Shown here piece after piece: positions 1 through 10,517 of a stretch of DNA of 64,000 nt. Below the pieces are notes generated by a model. That model was not told where the DNA came from and did not search any database. It saw only the letters and a program-made list of their open reading frames with translations. This DNA comes from Actinomycetota bacterium (GTDB lineage: Bacteria; Actinomycetota; UBA4738), in assembly GCA_040414485.1 (NCBI GenBank), contig JBEDUK010000027.1, forward strand, positions 9,208 through 73,207, in the 5' to 3' direction. The translations under genes were made by a program, and so were the position numbers. Numbering within the stretch: the stretch's first letter is position 1; each line of letters begins with the position of its first letter.

Positions 1-758
1 TAGCCCATGTTGTGGACGCACCGACGTCCGGGCTTGGCCCAGTTCGAGACCTCGTAGTGCTCGTAGCCGGCATCGCCGAGCGCCTCGCACGCCGCCGCGT
101 ACATCTCGGCCTGTAGGTCCGCGTCCGGAGCCGGCGTCCGGCCTGCGGCAACGGCGCGACCGAGCGGCGTGGCCGGTTCGATCGTCAACGCGTAGGCAGA
201 GACGTGCTCGGGGCCGAGCGCGATCGTCTGTTCGAGTGTGTTCATCCACGAGTCGAGCGTCTCTCCGTTCGCGCCGTAGATCAGGTCCAGGTTCACGTCG
301 TCGAACCCGGCCGCGCGGGCCGCCGAGAACGCCCGCCGAACCGACTCGGGCGAGTGGATGCGCTCCAACGCGCGCAGGACGGTCGTGTCGAACGACTGAA
401 GGCCCATCGAAAGGCGCATCACGCCGGCGCTGCGGAGCGCGGCGAGGTACTCGATGTCGACGGTGTCCGGGTTCGCTTCGATGGTGATCTCAGCATCCCC
501 AAAGACGTGAAAGAGGCGGTGCAGGTCGTCAAGCATCCTTACCATCTGCTCCGGCGGGAGGATCGTCGGGGTTCCGCCTCCGAAGAAGACCGAGACGAAC
601 TCCTCGTCGTTCCATTCGGACGAGTTGAGCGCAGCCTCTCGCGTGAGCGCATCCACGTATGGCGACTTCAGCTCGTCCAGTCCGGCGTAGGTGTTGAAGT
701 CGCAATATCCGCACCGCGTGAGACAGAACGGGATGTGGACGTACAGCCCGGCGCTCAT
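1..758 (-). CDS. hemW: Radical SAM heme chaperone HemW (3' part runs off the window)
   Basis: Not in the ORF track. ATG at 758 overlaps the lepA stop (ATGA) and translates [24 protein letters not shown] (CxxxCxxC), later FFGGGTPT and ITIEANP. Usual position after lepA. Confidence 0.93.
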   Translation of the reverse strand, partial: MSAGLYVHIPFCLTRCGYCDFNTYAGLDELKSPYVDALTREAALNSSEWNDEEFVSVFFGGGTPTILPPEQMVRMLDDLHRLFHVFGDAEITIEANPDTVDIEYLAALRSAGVMRLSMGLQSFDTTVLRALERIHSPESVRRAFSAARAAGFDDVNLDLIYGANGETLDSWMNTLEQTIALGPEHVSAYALTIEPATPLGRAVAAGRTPAPDADLQAEMYAAACEALGDAGYEHYEVSNWAKPGRRCVHNMG

Positions 759-2572
759 CGCTTCTCGCTCCCGACCGAGCTCGTGTCCACGCGGAGCGCC
801 GCGATGAACGCCTCCTGCGGGACGTCCACCCGACCCACGCGGCGCATGCGGCGCTTTCCCTCCTTCTGCTTCTCGAGCAGCTTCCTCTTGCGCGTGATGT
901 CCCCGCCATAGCACTTGGCCAGCACGTCCTTGCGCTTCGCCCTCACCGTCTCCCGCGCGATGACCCGAGAGCCGATGGTGGCCTGGATGGCGACCTCGAA
1001 CAGTTGGCGCGGGATGAGCTCGCGCAGGCGATGCGTGAGCGCCCGTCCGTACTGGTATGCCTTGTCCTTGTGCACGACCGCGGAGAACGCGTCCACCGAT
1101 TCCCCCTGGAGCATGATGTCGACCCGCACCAGGTCGGCCGGTTCGTATCCCCAGTGCTCGTAGTCGAGTGAGGCATAGCCGCGCGTCCTGGACTTCAGTT
1201 GGTCGAAGAAGTCGAAGATGATCTCGGCCAGCGGCAACAGATAGTGAATCTCGGCCCGCGCCGGCGTGAGATACCGCATGTCCACAAGCGTCCCGCGCCG
1301 CTGCTCGCACAGTTCGAGCACGGGCCCGATGTAGTCGGAGGGCGTGACGACCGTCGCCAGCTCGTACGGCTCCTGCACCTCGTCGTACGTGCCCGGCACC
1401 GGCATCTCCGACGGGTTGTGCACCATGAATTCCTCGTCGCCGCGCTTCACCTTGAACTCGACGTTGGGTGCGGTGGCGATCAATTCCAGGCCGAATTCGC
1501 GCTCGAGGCGCTCCTTGACGATCTCCATGTGCAGCAGTCCGAGAAATCCGCATCGAAATCCGAACCCGAGTGCGAGCGACGACTCGGGCTCGTACACAAG
1601 AGCCGCGTCGGAAAGCCGCAATTTGTCGAGGGCGTCGCGCAGCAGCCCGTAGTCCTCGCCGGCCGCGGGATACAGGCCGCTCCACACCATCGGCTTCGGC
1701 TCCTGATAGCCGTGCAGCGCCTCGGTCGCCGGGTCGCCGGCGAGCGTGATCGTGTCCCCGACCTTCGCCTGCCGAACGTCCTTGACGCCGGTCACCAGGT
1801 AGCCGACGTCCCCCGCGTCGAGCGACGGCAGGACCGTCGCCTCGGGCGCGAAGGCTCCCACCTCCTCGGACTCGAGCGTCATGCCGTTCGACATGAAGCG
1901 GATCTTCGAACGACCGCTCAACGCGCCGTCCACGACGCGGAGGTACGCGATCACGCCACGGTACGGGTCGTAGGACGAGTCGAAGATCAGCGCGCGGAGC
2001 GCCGCGTCGGGGTCGCCCCGCGGCTGCGGCACGCGCTGGATCACGGCGCGGAGCAGGTCCTCGACGCCGGTTCCGGTCTTCGCGGAGACCCGCAGCACGT
2101 CCTGATCCGAGACGCCGACCAGTTCGGCGACCTCCGCGATCGTCTCGTCCACAGTCGCCTGCGGGAGGTCGATCTTGTTCACCACCGGGACGATCGTGAG
2201 CCCGGCGTCGCGGGCCAGGTGGAAGTTCGCGAGCGTCTGCGCCTCGATCCCCTGCGCGGCATCGACCAGGAGCACCGCGCCCTCGCAGGCCGCCAGCGAC
2301 CGGGACACCTCGTAGGAGAAGTCCACGTGGCCGGGCGTGTCGATCAGGTTCAATTCGAACTCCCTGCCGTCCAGTTCGTGACGGAGCCGGACGGCCTGGG
2401 CCTTGATCGTGATGCCGCGTTCGCGTTCGAGATCCATGCGGTCGAGGTACTGCGCCCGCATGTCGCGTTCGGCGACCGAATGGGTCAGTTCGAGCACGCG
2501 GTCCGCCAGCGTGGACTTGCCGTGGTCGATGTGCGCCACGATGCAGAAATTGCGGATGCGTGCCTGGTCCAT
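755..2572 (-). CDS. lepA: Translation elongation factor 4 (LepA)
   Basis: [32 protein letters not shown] and C-terminal [18 protein letters not shown]. Confidence 0.98.
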   Translation of the reverse strand: MDQARIRNFCIVAHIDHGKSTLADRVLELTHSVAERDMRAQYLDRMDLERERGITIKAQAVRLRHELDGREFELNLIDTPGHVDFSYEVSRSLAACEGAVLLVDAAQGIEAQTLANFHLARDAGLTIVPVVNKIDLPQATVDETIAEVAELVGVSDQDVLRVSAKTGTGVEDLLRAVIQRVPQPRGDPDAALRALIFDSSYDPYRGVIAYLRVVDGALSGRSKIRFMSNGMTLESEEVGAFAPEATVLPSLDAGDVGYLVTGVKDVRQAKVGDTITLAGDPATEALHGYQEPKPMVWSGLYPAAGEDYGLLRDALDKLRLSDAALVYEPESSLALGFGFRCGFLGLLHMEIVKERLEREFGLELIATAPNVEFKVKRGDEEFMVHNPSEMPVPGTYDEVQEPYELATVVTPSDYIGPVLELCEQRRGTLVDMRYLTPARAEIHYLLPLAEIIFDFFDQLKSRTRGYASLDYEHWGYEPADLVRVDIMLQGESVDAFSAVVHKDKAYQYGRALTHRLRELIPRQLFEVAIQATIGSRVIARETVRAKRKDVLAKCYGGDITRKRKLLEKQKEGKRRMRRVGRVDVPQEAFIAALRVDTSSVGSEKR

Positions 2573-2668
2573 CGCGCGGCTAGCGTACGCGACGGCGGCG
2601 TCCGCGCTGCTAGAGCGCGCCTTCGCGGGCAGGGTCTCCCGCGGGGGCTGGTAGACTCGGCCGCCGAT

Positions 2669-2935
2669 ATGGCGAACATCAAGTCACAGATCAAGCGCAA
2701 CCGGCAGAACGAGACCGCCCGCGTCCGGAACAAGTCCGTGCGGACGGCGCTCAAGACCGACGCGAAGAAGGTTCGCGGAGCGGCCGCCGACGGCGACCAG
2801 CAGGCCTCGGACGAGGCGCTCCGGCACGCGGCCCGCCAGCTGGACAAGGCGGCGTCGAAGGGCGTGATCCACAAGCGGACGGCAGCCAGGCGGAAGGCTC
2901 GGCTCGCCCACGCGGCGACGCAGGCTTCGGCCTAA
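2669..2935 (+). CDS. rpsT: 30S ribosomal protein S20
   Basis: [15 protein letters not shown]...[16 protein letters not shown], 88 aa. TAGACT -10 box at 2652-2657. Divergent from lepA. Confidence 0.97.
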   Translation: MANIKSQIKRNRQNETARVRNKSVRTALKTDAKKVRGAAADGDQQASDEALRHAARQLDKAASKGVIHKRTAARRKARLAHAATQASA

Positions 2936-3007
2936 GCCACACTCCGTCGCGACTCCCGGACTTCCTTCTGGCCCCACGGCCGGTCTGCTGTCGGTCCACG
3001 ACCGGAT

Positions 3008-4018
3008 TCAACGGCTCGAGCGGATCTCCACGTCCAGCGCGGCGTCGGGGTTGCCGGCCATGGCCGCGACCAGCGTGGGAAGCAGGACCGAACCGGGCAC
3101 GCCACCCTTCAGTGCACGGTCGGCCTCGACCACCCGCGCATGGAGCGCCGCAAGCTCATCAGGGCTGAACCGGCCCGCCTGTTCCCGGTAGCGGCGGACC
3201 TGCCAGTCGAATCGAAGCCCGGCCCGTTTCGCCGCTTCGGCCTGCGGCAGGCGTTCGGGGAGCGCCCGCACGCGGATCAGGTCGCGGATCCGGGACGCGA
3301 TGCCGCCGAGGATCACCAGGGCGTCCTCGCGCTCGTCGAGCATTCCGCGCAGCGTGATCAGCGCCTCGCCCAAGCGGCCGGCGAACGCGCGATCGCACAG
3401 GTCCCAGACCCGCTGCTCACCGAGGCCTTCGAACTGGGCCCGCACCTGCGGAGGACCGATCGGCTCGGGCGAGGCGCCGCCTCCGAACGCGGACGCAAGC
3501 TGATCCAGCGCCTGGTCGAGCGTGGCGGGATCCTCCCCGAGGATCGATGTGAGCGCGTTCAGACCTGCCGGGGTCACGCTCAGGTGACGGGCGGTGGCAC
3601 GTTCGGCGAGCCATCGGGCCAGGTCCTGCCGGCGGGGCGGCGCGATCTGCCGCACCGTCCCGCCGCACTCGGTGACCGCCGCGGACCATTTCGGCGGCTT
3701 CCCGGCGCGCGGCATGGCGGTGATGACCAGCGCCGCGTCGGCAGCCGGTGCCGAAAGGTAGGACTGCAGCTCCCGCACGCCGTGATCCGGCAACGCGTGC
3801 GCACCGTGGACGAACAGCGCCCGGCGCTCTCCCCACAGCGAGGGTGTGGACAGGTCGGAGGTCTCCCCGCCGCGCCATTCGGCGCCGTCCACCTCCACCG
3901 CGTGCGCGCCGAAGTCGTCGAGGAACGCCCTCGCGGCGTTTCGGAGCATGAACTCGTCCTCGCCCCAGAACAGCGCGACCGGGACCGCGGGGCCACCGTG
4001 GGAACCCCTGCGCGTCAC
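3008..4018 (-). CDS. holA: DNA polymerase III delta subunit
   Basis: LFWGEDEFML, VWDLCDRAF...A, EADRALKGG. Conserved comEC-holA-rpsT context. GTG 4018 chosen for its GAAGGG RBS; the ORF track starts at 4093. Confidence 0.88.
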   Translation of the reverse strand: MTRRGSHGGPAVPVALFWGEDEFMLRNAARAFLDDFGAHAVEVDGAEWRGGETSDLSTPSLWGERRALFVHGAHALPDHGVRELQSYLSAPAADAALVITAMPRAGKPPKWSAAVTECGGTVRQIAPPRRQDLARWLAERATARHLSVTPAGLNALTSILGEDPATLDQALDQLASAFGGGASPEPIGPPQVRAQFEGLGEQRVWDLCDRAFAGRLGEALITLRGMLDEREDALVILGGIASRIRDLIRVRALPERLPQAEAAKRAGLRFDWQVRRYREQAGRFSPDELAALHARVVEADRALKGGVPGSVLLPTLVAAMAGNPDAALDVEIRSSR

Positions 4019-4055
4019 GGCGCCCTTCGGACCCGACGTTCCTTCGTCGTTCGGA

Positions 4056-6440
4056 TCAGCCAATGTGGCTCGATCGTATCTCGACCCTCCCACGCTGGAA
4101 GACCACGGTGATGTCCCCGGAGCGGTCGGTGCGGAAGAGCCGCATCCCGTCGCGGGCGAGCAGCGCCAGCACGCCCGGATTCGGGTGCCCGTACCGGTTC
4201 GGCTGGCCGACGCTGACCACGGCGATCCGCGCGTGGACGGCCGCGAAGAACCCGGGAAGGGACGTGGCCCCGCCGTGGTGCGGCACCTTCAGGACGGTCG
4301 CGTGCAGGTACGGCCGCTCGTGGGCGAGGAGATCGTTCTGGTTCTCCTGTTGCGCGTCGCCGGTGAACAGCACGGAGGCGTCGCCCTCGTGCACCAGCAG
4401 CACCAGCGAGTCGTTGTTCGGGTCGGATTCGGTTCCACCCCAGCAGTGTCCCGGCCCAAGCACGTCGACCCGAACGTCGGCCACGCGAAGCTCGGCGCCC
4501 GGCCGCGGATGCCGGAACGGCACGCCGCTCGCCGCGATCGCCCGAAGGAACTCCGCGTAATAGGGCGACGAGCCGTTGCAGCCTGGGTCGATGGCCAGCG
4601 CGACCGGGATGCGGGCGAGCACCACGGGCAGCCCGGCCACGTGATCCGCGTGCTGATGGGTCGCCACCAACAGGTCAAGCCGGTGGACGCCGAGCGCCGC
4701 GAGCTTCGTGGCCACCTGCGACGGATCGGGTCCGCCGTCGATGAGGATCTGCGCGCCGGCCGGCGAGCGGATCAGCGCCGAGTCCCCCTGCCCGACGTCG
4801 AAGAAGGTCACGGTGAGCGTCCCCGGCGCGCCGGCGGCGAACGCGCGTCCCCAGACCAGGACCGGAAGGAGCAACGCGGCGCCCACCACGACGCGCCTGG
4901 ACACGGTTCGGGCCGACGCGAACCACCAGCCCGCAACGCTCACCAGCGCCAGGCCGAGCAGCAGCGGAAGCACCCGGCCGGTGGTCGCGGTGATCGTCGG
5001 CAGCGGCGCCTTCGCCAGGCGGTGCGCCAGACCTTCGAGGTACCCGAGCGGCACCATCGCCAGGCGAGCTACCAGGAATCCTGCGGCGTGCCAGACGAGC
5101 CCGACGGCGGCGGCCAGGAGCCCGAGGAGCATCCCGGGCCCGACGGCCGGGTACGCCAGGACGTTCGCTGCGAGCGTGACCGTCGGCACCCAGCCGAAGT
5201 AATAGAGCAGCAGGGGCGTGACGCCGATCTGCGCCGCAATCGTGGTTCCCGCGGCGAGCGCGATGCCGCGGGGCATGAATCGAAGGCGGTCCGCGATCGG
5301 ATTCGCCATCAACGCCATGCCGGCGGTGGCCGCGACCGACAGTTGGAAGCCGATCGCGTACACGAGGGTCGGGTTGATGGCGAGCAGCGCCAGGACCGCA
5401 CCGCCCATGATGGCACCGACCGATCGCGGACGGCCCAGGAAGATCCCGAGCATGGTCAGCAGCGCCATGGCTGAGGCGCGCAGGACAGACGGTTCCGCGC
5501 GGGTAAGCAGTGCGAAGAAGACCACGCCGCCGACGCCGACGACGAGTCGGGCGCGCCTGCCGGCACCGAGCCAGAGGGCGAACCCGAGGACCGGCGCGAG
5601 GAACATGGCCAGGTTCTCGCCGGAGACGGCCAGCAGGTGCGTGAGACCCGTCGCCTTGAAGTCCTCTTCGACACCGGGGTCGAGCCGCGAGGTGTCGCCC
5701 AGGGTCAAACCCATCATCAGCCCCGCCTCCTTCGGAGGGAACACCCGCTGCAGCGAACCGCGGAACGCTCGACGCACAGCTTCCGCGACGCGAACCACGA
5801 ATCCCGACGGTGGTCCGATGTACCGAAACGTGCTCGCCGACATGGACGCGGCGAATCCCCGGTGCGTGAGGTAGACGCCGAAGTCGCCCTCGGGAAGGCT
5901 GAGCAGGCCTTCCGCGCGGATCCGATCGCCTGCGTGGAGGTGCGGGGGCGGACCCTGACCCTCCATCCAGACGGCGTCATGGACGCGGACTTCGGCGGGC
6001 CAGCCCGAAGTGGACGGCTCGACCCCCGCGACGTCGACGGGAACGGTCCAGCCGAGCGCCCCCGGCGACGGGTCGCCGGCCAGGGATCCGGTGATCTCCA
6101 CGGAACGGCCCGCCAGTCGATGCAGCGGCGATGCGAACAGGTGCACCTCGTGGATCAGGCCGTCGGCGGCGCCGAGGAGCCCGAACCCGACGACCGCCGC
6201 GCCGCCGACGGCGACCCGGCGGGCCAGGGTGGCCGAGCCGCCCCCACGGCTCCGGACTTGGCCGGGCACGGGGCGGACCGGCCGACGGGCGGCGAGCACG
6301 AGCAGCACGAGGCCGCCGGCGCCCAACGCTCCGGCGGCGACCAACGCTCCGGCGGCGACCAGCGACGCCGGCAGCCGTTGCGTGGCGAGGATCCCGACCC
6401 AGAAGCCCGCGGCCACGACCGCCAGGAACCATCCACCCAT
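4056..6440 (-). CDS. comEC: ComEC/Rec2 DNA-uptake channel with metallo-beta-lactamase domain
   Basis: Multiple TM segments, GLTHLLAVSGEN, FDVGQGD, LIDGG, THQHADH (HxHxDH), KVPHHG. Confidence 0.95.
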   Translation of the reverse strand: MGGWFLAVVAAGFWVGILATQRLPASLVAAGALVAAGALGAGGLVLLVLAARRPVRPVPGQVRSRGGGSATLARRVAVGGAAVVGFGLLGAADGLIHEVHLFASPLHRLAGRSVEITGSLAGDPSPGALGWTVPVDVAGVEPSTSGWPAEVRVHDAVWMEGQGPPPHLHAGDRIRAEGLLSLPEGDFGVYLTHRGFAASMSASTFRYIGPPSGFVVRVAEAVRRAFRGSLQRVFPPKEAGLMMGLTLGDTSRLDPGVEEDFKATGLTHLLAVSGENLAMFLAPVLGFALWLGAGRRARLVVGVGGVVFFALLTRAEPSVLRASAMALLTMLGIFLGRPRSVGAIMGGAVLALLAINPTLVYAIGFQLSVAATAGMALMANPIADRLRFMPRGIALAAGTTIAAQIGVTPLLLYYFGWVPTVTLAANVLAYPAVGPGMLLGLLAAAVGLVWHAAGFLVARLAMVPLGYLEGLAHRLAKAPLPTITATTGRVLPLLLGLALVSVAGWWFASARTVSRRVVVGAALLLPVLVWGRAFAAGAPGTLTVTFFDVGQGDSALIRSPAGAQILIDGGPDPSQVATKLAALGVHRLDLLVATHQHADHVAGLPVVLARIPVALAIDPGCNGSSPYYAEFLRAIAASGVPFRHPRPGAELRVADVRVDVLGPGHCWGGTESDPNNDSLVLLVHEGDASVLFTGDAQQENQNDLLAHERPYLHATVLKVPHHGGATSLPGFFAAVHARIAVVSVGQPNRYGHPNPGVLALLARDGMRLFRTDRSGDITVVFQRGRVEIRSSHIG
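6323..6358. repeat. 18-bp perfect tandem duplication inside comEC
   Basis: ccaacgctccggcggcga x2, in frame, in the repetitive LVAAGA-LVAAGA-LGAGG stretch. Confidence 0.85.
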
Positions 6441-6459
6441 GGCGACCTGACGCCCGCCG

Positions 6460-7116
6460 TCAGACGGTGATGAGCGGTTCCAGGTCCGCCATGTGCGACG
6501 GCCCGATCCCCGGCACGTTGTCGATGTCCTTGACCGACCGGAACGGGCCGTGCTGCTCGCGGTAGGTGATGATCCGTTGGGCCAGCGCCGGTCCGATCCC
6601 TGGAAGCGCGACGAGCTGGTCGAGGGTGGCGGTGTTGATGTTCACCTTCGCGTCGGAGCCGTCGCCGGTCCCTCCTCCGCCGCCGGTGCTGGTCCCGCTC
6701 GTCGAGCCGCCCGCGCCCGCCTTTCCGACGACGATCTGCTCGGCGTCCGACAGCGTGGCCGCCAGGTTCAGACTGGTCAGGTCCGACCCGGGGAGCGCCC
6801 CGCCGGCGCGCTCGATCGCATCGACGACCCGGTCGCCCAGATGGAACGTGTACACACCCGGATGCCGAACCCGGCCGGCGACGTCGACCACGATCTCGGC
6901 AGGGCTCGCGCTGGGCCCCGGCCGCGGACCGGCCGACGCGACACCGCCGGCCCGATGCGACCCGTTCGCGAATTCGTCGACGTGCACCGCCGAGGGAAGC
7001 GACCGGACGTACCAGACGACGGCACCCGCGACGACCAGCGCGCCGATCACCGCCAGCCCGATCTTCTCGCGGCGTTCGAGTCCGGCGATCCGTTCGCGGA
7101 GGCCGCCACTCTCCAC
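6460..7116 (-). CDS. comEA: ComEA DNA-binding protein (SLBB + helix-hairpin-helix)
   Basis: N-terminal TM anchor, VDVAGRVRHPGVY, KVNINTAT, LPGIGPALA and VPGIG HhH motifs. GTG 7116 follows a GAGGGG RBS. Confidence 0.93.
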   Translation of the reverse strand: MESGGLRERIAGLERREKIGLAVIGALVVAGAVVWYVRSLPSAVHVDEFANGSHRAGGVASAGPRPGPSASPAEIVVDVAGRVRHPGVYTFHLGDRVVDAIERAGGALPGSDLTSLNLAATLSDAEQIVVGKAGAGGSTSGTSTGGGGGTGDGSDAKVNINTATLDQLVALPGIGPALAQRIITYREQHGPFRSVKDIDNVPGIGPSHMADLEPLITV

Positions 7117-7248
7117 CGCCGACCCCCTCAACCAACTCGACGCTCCGGCGCCCAATGCGGGCACACATCCGGAGGAGAGAGAGGCGATCAGTTCAGCGCG
7201 TCACACCGCGAAACGAGCCGCACCATGTTCGCGACGCGCGTTCCACTG

Positions 7249-7270
7249 ACGATACCAACGGGCACCGACA
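7249..7270 (-). promoter_or_regulatory. PafBC/RecA-NDp-type promoter upstream of comEA
   Basis: Minus strand reads TGTCGG-tgcccgttgg-TATCGT, an exact match to TGTCGG-N10-TA-N3-T. Confidence 0.6.
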
Positions 7271-7405
7271 CTGGAGCCGGCGGCCGGCTACCGGTCGATC
7301 GTGGCGCCCCACACCGATTCTGGGCACCCGGGTGCGATCCGGTCAAACCGCAACCGTTACCCGGCGGGCCTTGGGGTTGGGAACTCGCCGGGAACCTGAT
7401 CGGTC

Positions 7406-7822
7406 TCAGCCCTCTTCAGAGCCGTGGCAGACGACCTCGAGCATGATGCCGTGGGGATCGAGGAAGTACGTGGCGTAATGCTCTCCGTACTCGGGGAATT
7501 CACGGGGTGCATGTATCACCTCGGCCTCTCGCGCGACGGCCCACTCGTGGGACTCGCGCACGATCGCGCGGCTGGACACCATGAAGGAAAGGTGCTGCAG
7601 GCCGGTTCCATGGCGTGAATACGGTCCCGGTTCGAGGGCCTGGTAGAAGAAGATCTGCGTTCCGAGCGCGCCATCCGGCCCGTAGTTGAACTCACCGCTC
7701 GGCGTCGTCGGGAACCATTCCCGGAGCCCGAGCATCGGCATGAGCTCGTCGTAGTAGCGCTTCGCGGCCGCGAGATCCGGAACGCCGATGCCGATGTGGT
7801 CGATGAGCCCGGTCCGCGTCAT
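7406..7822 (-). CDS. VOC/glyoxalase family protein
   Basis: IDHIGIGVPDL, LQHLSF, YATYFLDPHGIMLEVV. ATG 7822 follows a GAGGAG RBS. Confidence 0.9.
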   Translation of the reverse strand: MTRTGLIDHIGIGVPDLAAAKRYYDELMPMLGLREWFPTTPSGEFNYGPDGALGTQIFFYQALEPGPYSRHGTGLQHLSFMVSSRAIVRESHEWAVAREAEVIHAPREFPEYGEHYATYFLDPHGIMLEVVCHGSEEG

Positions 7823-7870
7823 GGCTCCTCCTCTCGATGGCACGACGACGTCGTCGCGAGGACGGCGGTT

Positions 7871-10333
7871 TCAGCTGCCGGTGACGATGTTCACCAGGCG
7901 CGGCGGGCGCACGATCACGCGCGCAGGCTCACTCCCGTTCAGGAATGCGCGGACCTTCGGCGACCCCAGCGCCGCGCTGCGGCAGTCCTCCTCGGACGCG
8001 TCGGCGGCAACCTCCAGGCGGTCGCGCACCTTGCCGTCGACCTGCACGACCAACGTCGCCGTGTCCTCGGCCGCCAGCGCAGGATCGAACGACGGCCACC
8101 TGGACACGTGCACCGACGTCGGCTCGGCGAAGTCGACCCGCCACAGCTCCTCCGCGGCGAACGGTGCGAACGGCGCGAGCATCTGCACCAGCGCCCGCGA
8201 CGCCGCCAGTGCGCCGCCGCCGGCGTCCAGCGCCGCGCGGATCTCGTTCGTCAGGACCATCAGCTTCGAGATGGCCACGTTGAACCGGAACCGCTCCAGG
8301 TCACGGGTGACCCCCTTGACGGTCCGATGCATGAGCCGCACCAGTGACTCCGGCTGGGCGGCGCCCGATCCACGTTCGACGGCGTCACCGACGGCGGCGA
8401 ACACCCGGCTCATCCAGGAGGAGACGCCCGGACGGTGGCTCATGTCCTCCTGGATCAGCGCCCAGTCGATGTCGTCGCCGAACGGGTTCGCGAACAGGAT
8501 CATCAGGCGCATCACGTCCGAGCCCCACCGCTCGATGAACGGCAGGGGCTCGACGATGTTGCCCTTCGTCTTCGACATCGACGCGCCGCCGTAGATGACC
8601 TGGCCCTGGTTCATCAGGCGCAGCATGGGCTCGGTGAACCCCACCATGCCCATGTCGTAGAGCACCTTCGTGAAGAACCGGCAGTACATCAGGTGCAGGA
8701 TCGCGTGCTCGACGCCGCCGATGTACTGCTCCGCCGGCATCCACCGGTCCACGTCCTCGCGACGGAACGGTCCGTCCTCATAGCCGGGCGAGCAGTACCG
8801 GAAGAAGTACCAGGACGAGTCGACGAACGTGTCCAGCGTGTCCGTGTCCCGCTGGGCCTCGCCGCCGCACCGTGGGCACGCGACGAACTTCCACGATGGG
8901 TGCCGGGCCAGGGGCGACTCGCCGCCCGGCTGGAAGTCGACGTCCTCGGGCAGCCGGACGGGCAGTTCCTCGTCCGGGACCGGGACCTCGCCGCACGCCG
9001 GGCAATGCACGATGGGGATCGGAGGGCCCCAATAGCGCTGCCGACTGATCAGCCAGTCATGCAGGCGGAAGGTGACGGCGGGACGGCCGTAGCCCTGCTC
9101 GGGTTCGGCCAGCCAGTCGGCCACGCGTCCGATCGATTCGGGCGAGGGCGTTCCGTCGAACGGCCCCGAACGGATCATCACGCCCTCGTGCGGATCGGCC
9201 GCCTCCATCTGGTCCGGGTCGGGCGGCTCCGCCCCCGAGGGGGCGATCACCACACGGATCGGCAGCCCGTGGGCCCGCGCGAATTCGAAGTCCCGCTGGT
9301 CGTGCGCCGGCACGCCCATGACCGCGCCGGTCCCGTACTCCATCAGCACGTAGGGCGCGACGAAGGCCGGCACCCGCTCGCCGTTCACGGGATTGACGAC
9401 GTGGACACCCAGCGGGACGCCCTCCCGGGTGTCTGCCGCCTCGCGGGAGGTCAGGGGGGTGTGCCGAACCTTGTCGAGCAGGGGTTCGACGTCGGCCCAC
9501 GAGCCGCCCATGCTCGCCAGGTCCGGCACCATCGGATGCTCCACGGCGAAGACGAAGAACGTGACGCCCCACAGCGTGTCGGGCCGGGTCGTGAACACCG
9601 TCACCCGGTCGCCGGTCTCCTCGACGGTGAACTCGACCTCGGCACCCTCCGACCTGCCGATCCAGTGACGCTGCATGGTGATCACGCGCTCGGGCCACTC
9701 GACAAGCTCGTCCATGTCGTCCAGCAGACGCTCCGCGTAGTCGGTGACGCGGAAGAACCATTGGGTCAGGTCGCGCCGTTCGACCAGCGTGCCGCAGCGC
9801 TCGCACGCGCCGGCGATCACCTGCTCGTTCGCCAGGACCGTCATGTCCTTCGGGCACCAGTTCACCGGCGCGTTCTTGCGGTACGCCAGGCCCTTCTCGA
9901 ACAACCGGAGGAACAGCCATTGGGTCCAGCGGTAGTACTCGGGGTCGCACGTGCGCACGACGCGCGTCCAGTCGAACGACATGCCCATGCGCTTGAACGA
10001 CGCGGCCTGCTGCTCGATGTTCGCGTAGGTCCATTCCTTCGGGTCGACCCCGCGCTTGATCGCCGCGTTCTCGGCGTTCAGGCCGAACGCGTCCCAGCCG
10101 ATCGGGTGCAACACGTTGAAGCCCCGCATCCAGTGGAACCGCGCGATGACGTCGCCGCCGGAGAACGCCTCGGCGTGCCCCATGTGCAGATCGCCCGAGG
10201 GGTACGGGAACATGTCGAGCGAGTAGTACGTGGGCCTCGGATCGTCCGGGTCGTCGGAGGCCCGATACAGGTCCTCCTCCTGCCAGACCCCCTGCCACTT
10301 CGTCTCGAAGTCCTGCGGCTGGTAGCGGCGCAT
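7871..10333 (-). CDS. leuS: Leucine--tRNA ligase
   Basis: MFPYPSGDLHMGH (HIGH), TTRPDTLWG and GTGAVMGVPAHDQRD editing domain, DWLISRQRYWG, SMSKT (KMSKS variant). Start ATG at MRRYQPQDFETKWQ. Confidence 0.97.
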   Translation of the reverse strand: MRRYQPQDFETKWQGVWQEEDLYRASDDPDDPRPTYYSLDMFPYPSGDLHMGHAEAFSGGDVIARFHWMRGFNVLHPIGWDAFGLNAENAAIKRGVDPKEWTYANIEQQAASFKRMGMSFDWTRVVRTCDPEYYRWTQWLFLRLFEKGLAYRKNAPVNWCPKDMTVLANEQVIAGACERCGTLVERRDLTQWFFRVTDYAERLLDDMDELVEWPERVITMQRHWIGRSEGAEVEFTVEETGDRVTVFTTRPDTLWGVTFFVFAVEHPMVPDLASMGGSWADVEPLLDKVRHTPLTSREAADTREGVPLGVHVVNPVNGERVPAFVAPYVLMEYGTGAVMGVPAHDQRDFEFARAHGLPIRVVIAPSGAEPPDPDQMEAADPHEGVMIRSGPFDGTPSPESIGRVADWLAEPEQGYGRPAVTFRLHDWLISRQRYWGPPIPIVHCPACGEVPVPDEELPVRLPEDVDFQPGGESPLARHPSWKFVACPRCGGEAQRDTDTLDTFVDSSWYFFRYCSPGYEDGPFRREDVDRWMPAEQYIGGVEHAILHLMYCRFFTKVLYDMGMVGFTEPMLRLMNQGQVIYGGASMSKTKGNIVEPLPFIERWGSDVMRLMILFANPFGDDIDWALIQEDMSHRPGVSSWMSRVFAAVGDAVERGSGAAQPESLVRLMHRTVKGVTRDLERFRFNVAISKLMVLTNEIRAALDAGGGALAASRALVQMLAPFAPFAAEELWRVDFAEPTSVHVSRWPSFDPALAAEDTATLVVQVDGKVRDRLEVAADASEEDCRSAALGSPKVRAFLNGSEPARVIVRPPRLVNIVTGS

Positions 10334-10517
10334 GGTCGCACGATGGTAGCGGGTCGCTCGCGCGCGCTGCGGTTCGTGCCGCGGAGTTCGAGAGCGACGC
10401 CCGGCCCAGACCGCAATGAGCAGTTTGATAGACGAAAAGGAGCTGGAACTCTTACCTTTTTCGGCACCGTGCTCTACAGTCGGGCGTTCCTCGCCAGCGA
10501 CTGAAGGGAGGCATCCG

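Noticed and set aside
1199-2668. Long antisense or alternative-frame ORFs in the track (e.g. 1199-2935, 8435-10504, 24421-26241, 47798-49984, 55813-58488)
   Set aside because: They shadow well-supported genes, have Arg/Pro/Gly-biased composition and carry no motifs. Only the last 88 aa of 1199-2935 (rpsT) are real.
6323-6358. Tandem duplication in comEC as a phase-variation or inactivation signal
   Set aside because: It is in frame and only lengthens a hydrophobic segment; the reading frame and catalytic motifs are intact
7219-7231. LexA box upstream of comEA (CGCAC-cat-GTTCG)
   Set aside because: The spacer is 3 nt instead of 4 and one half-site is mismatched
8567-8581. LeuRS KMSKS motif reads SMSKT
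   Set aside because: The second (catalytic) Lys is retained and first-position variants are common, so the gene is treated as functional
10334-10517. T-box or attenuator upstream of leuS
   Set aside because: No T-box consensus, and a -10 box 9 nt before the ATG leaves no room for a leader
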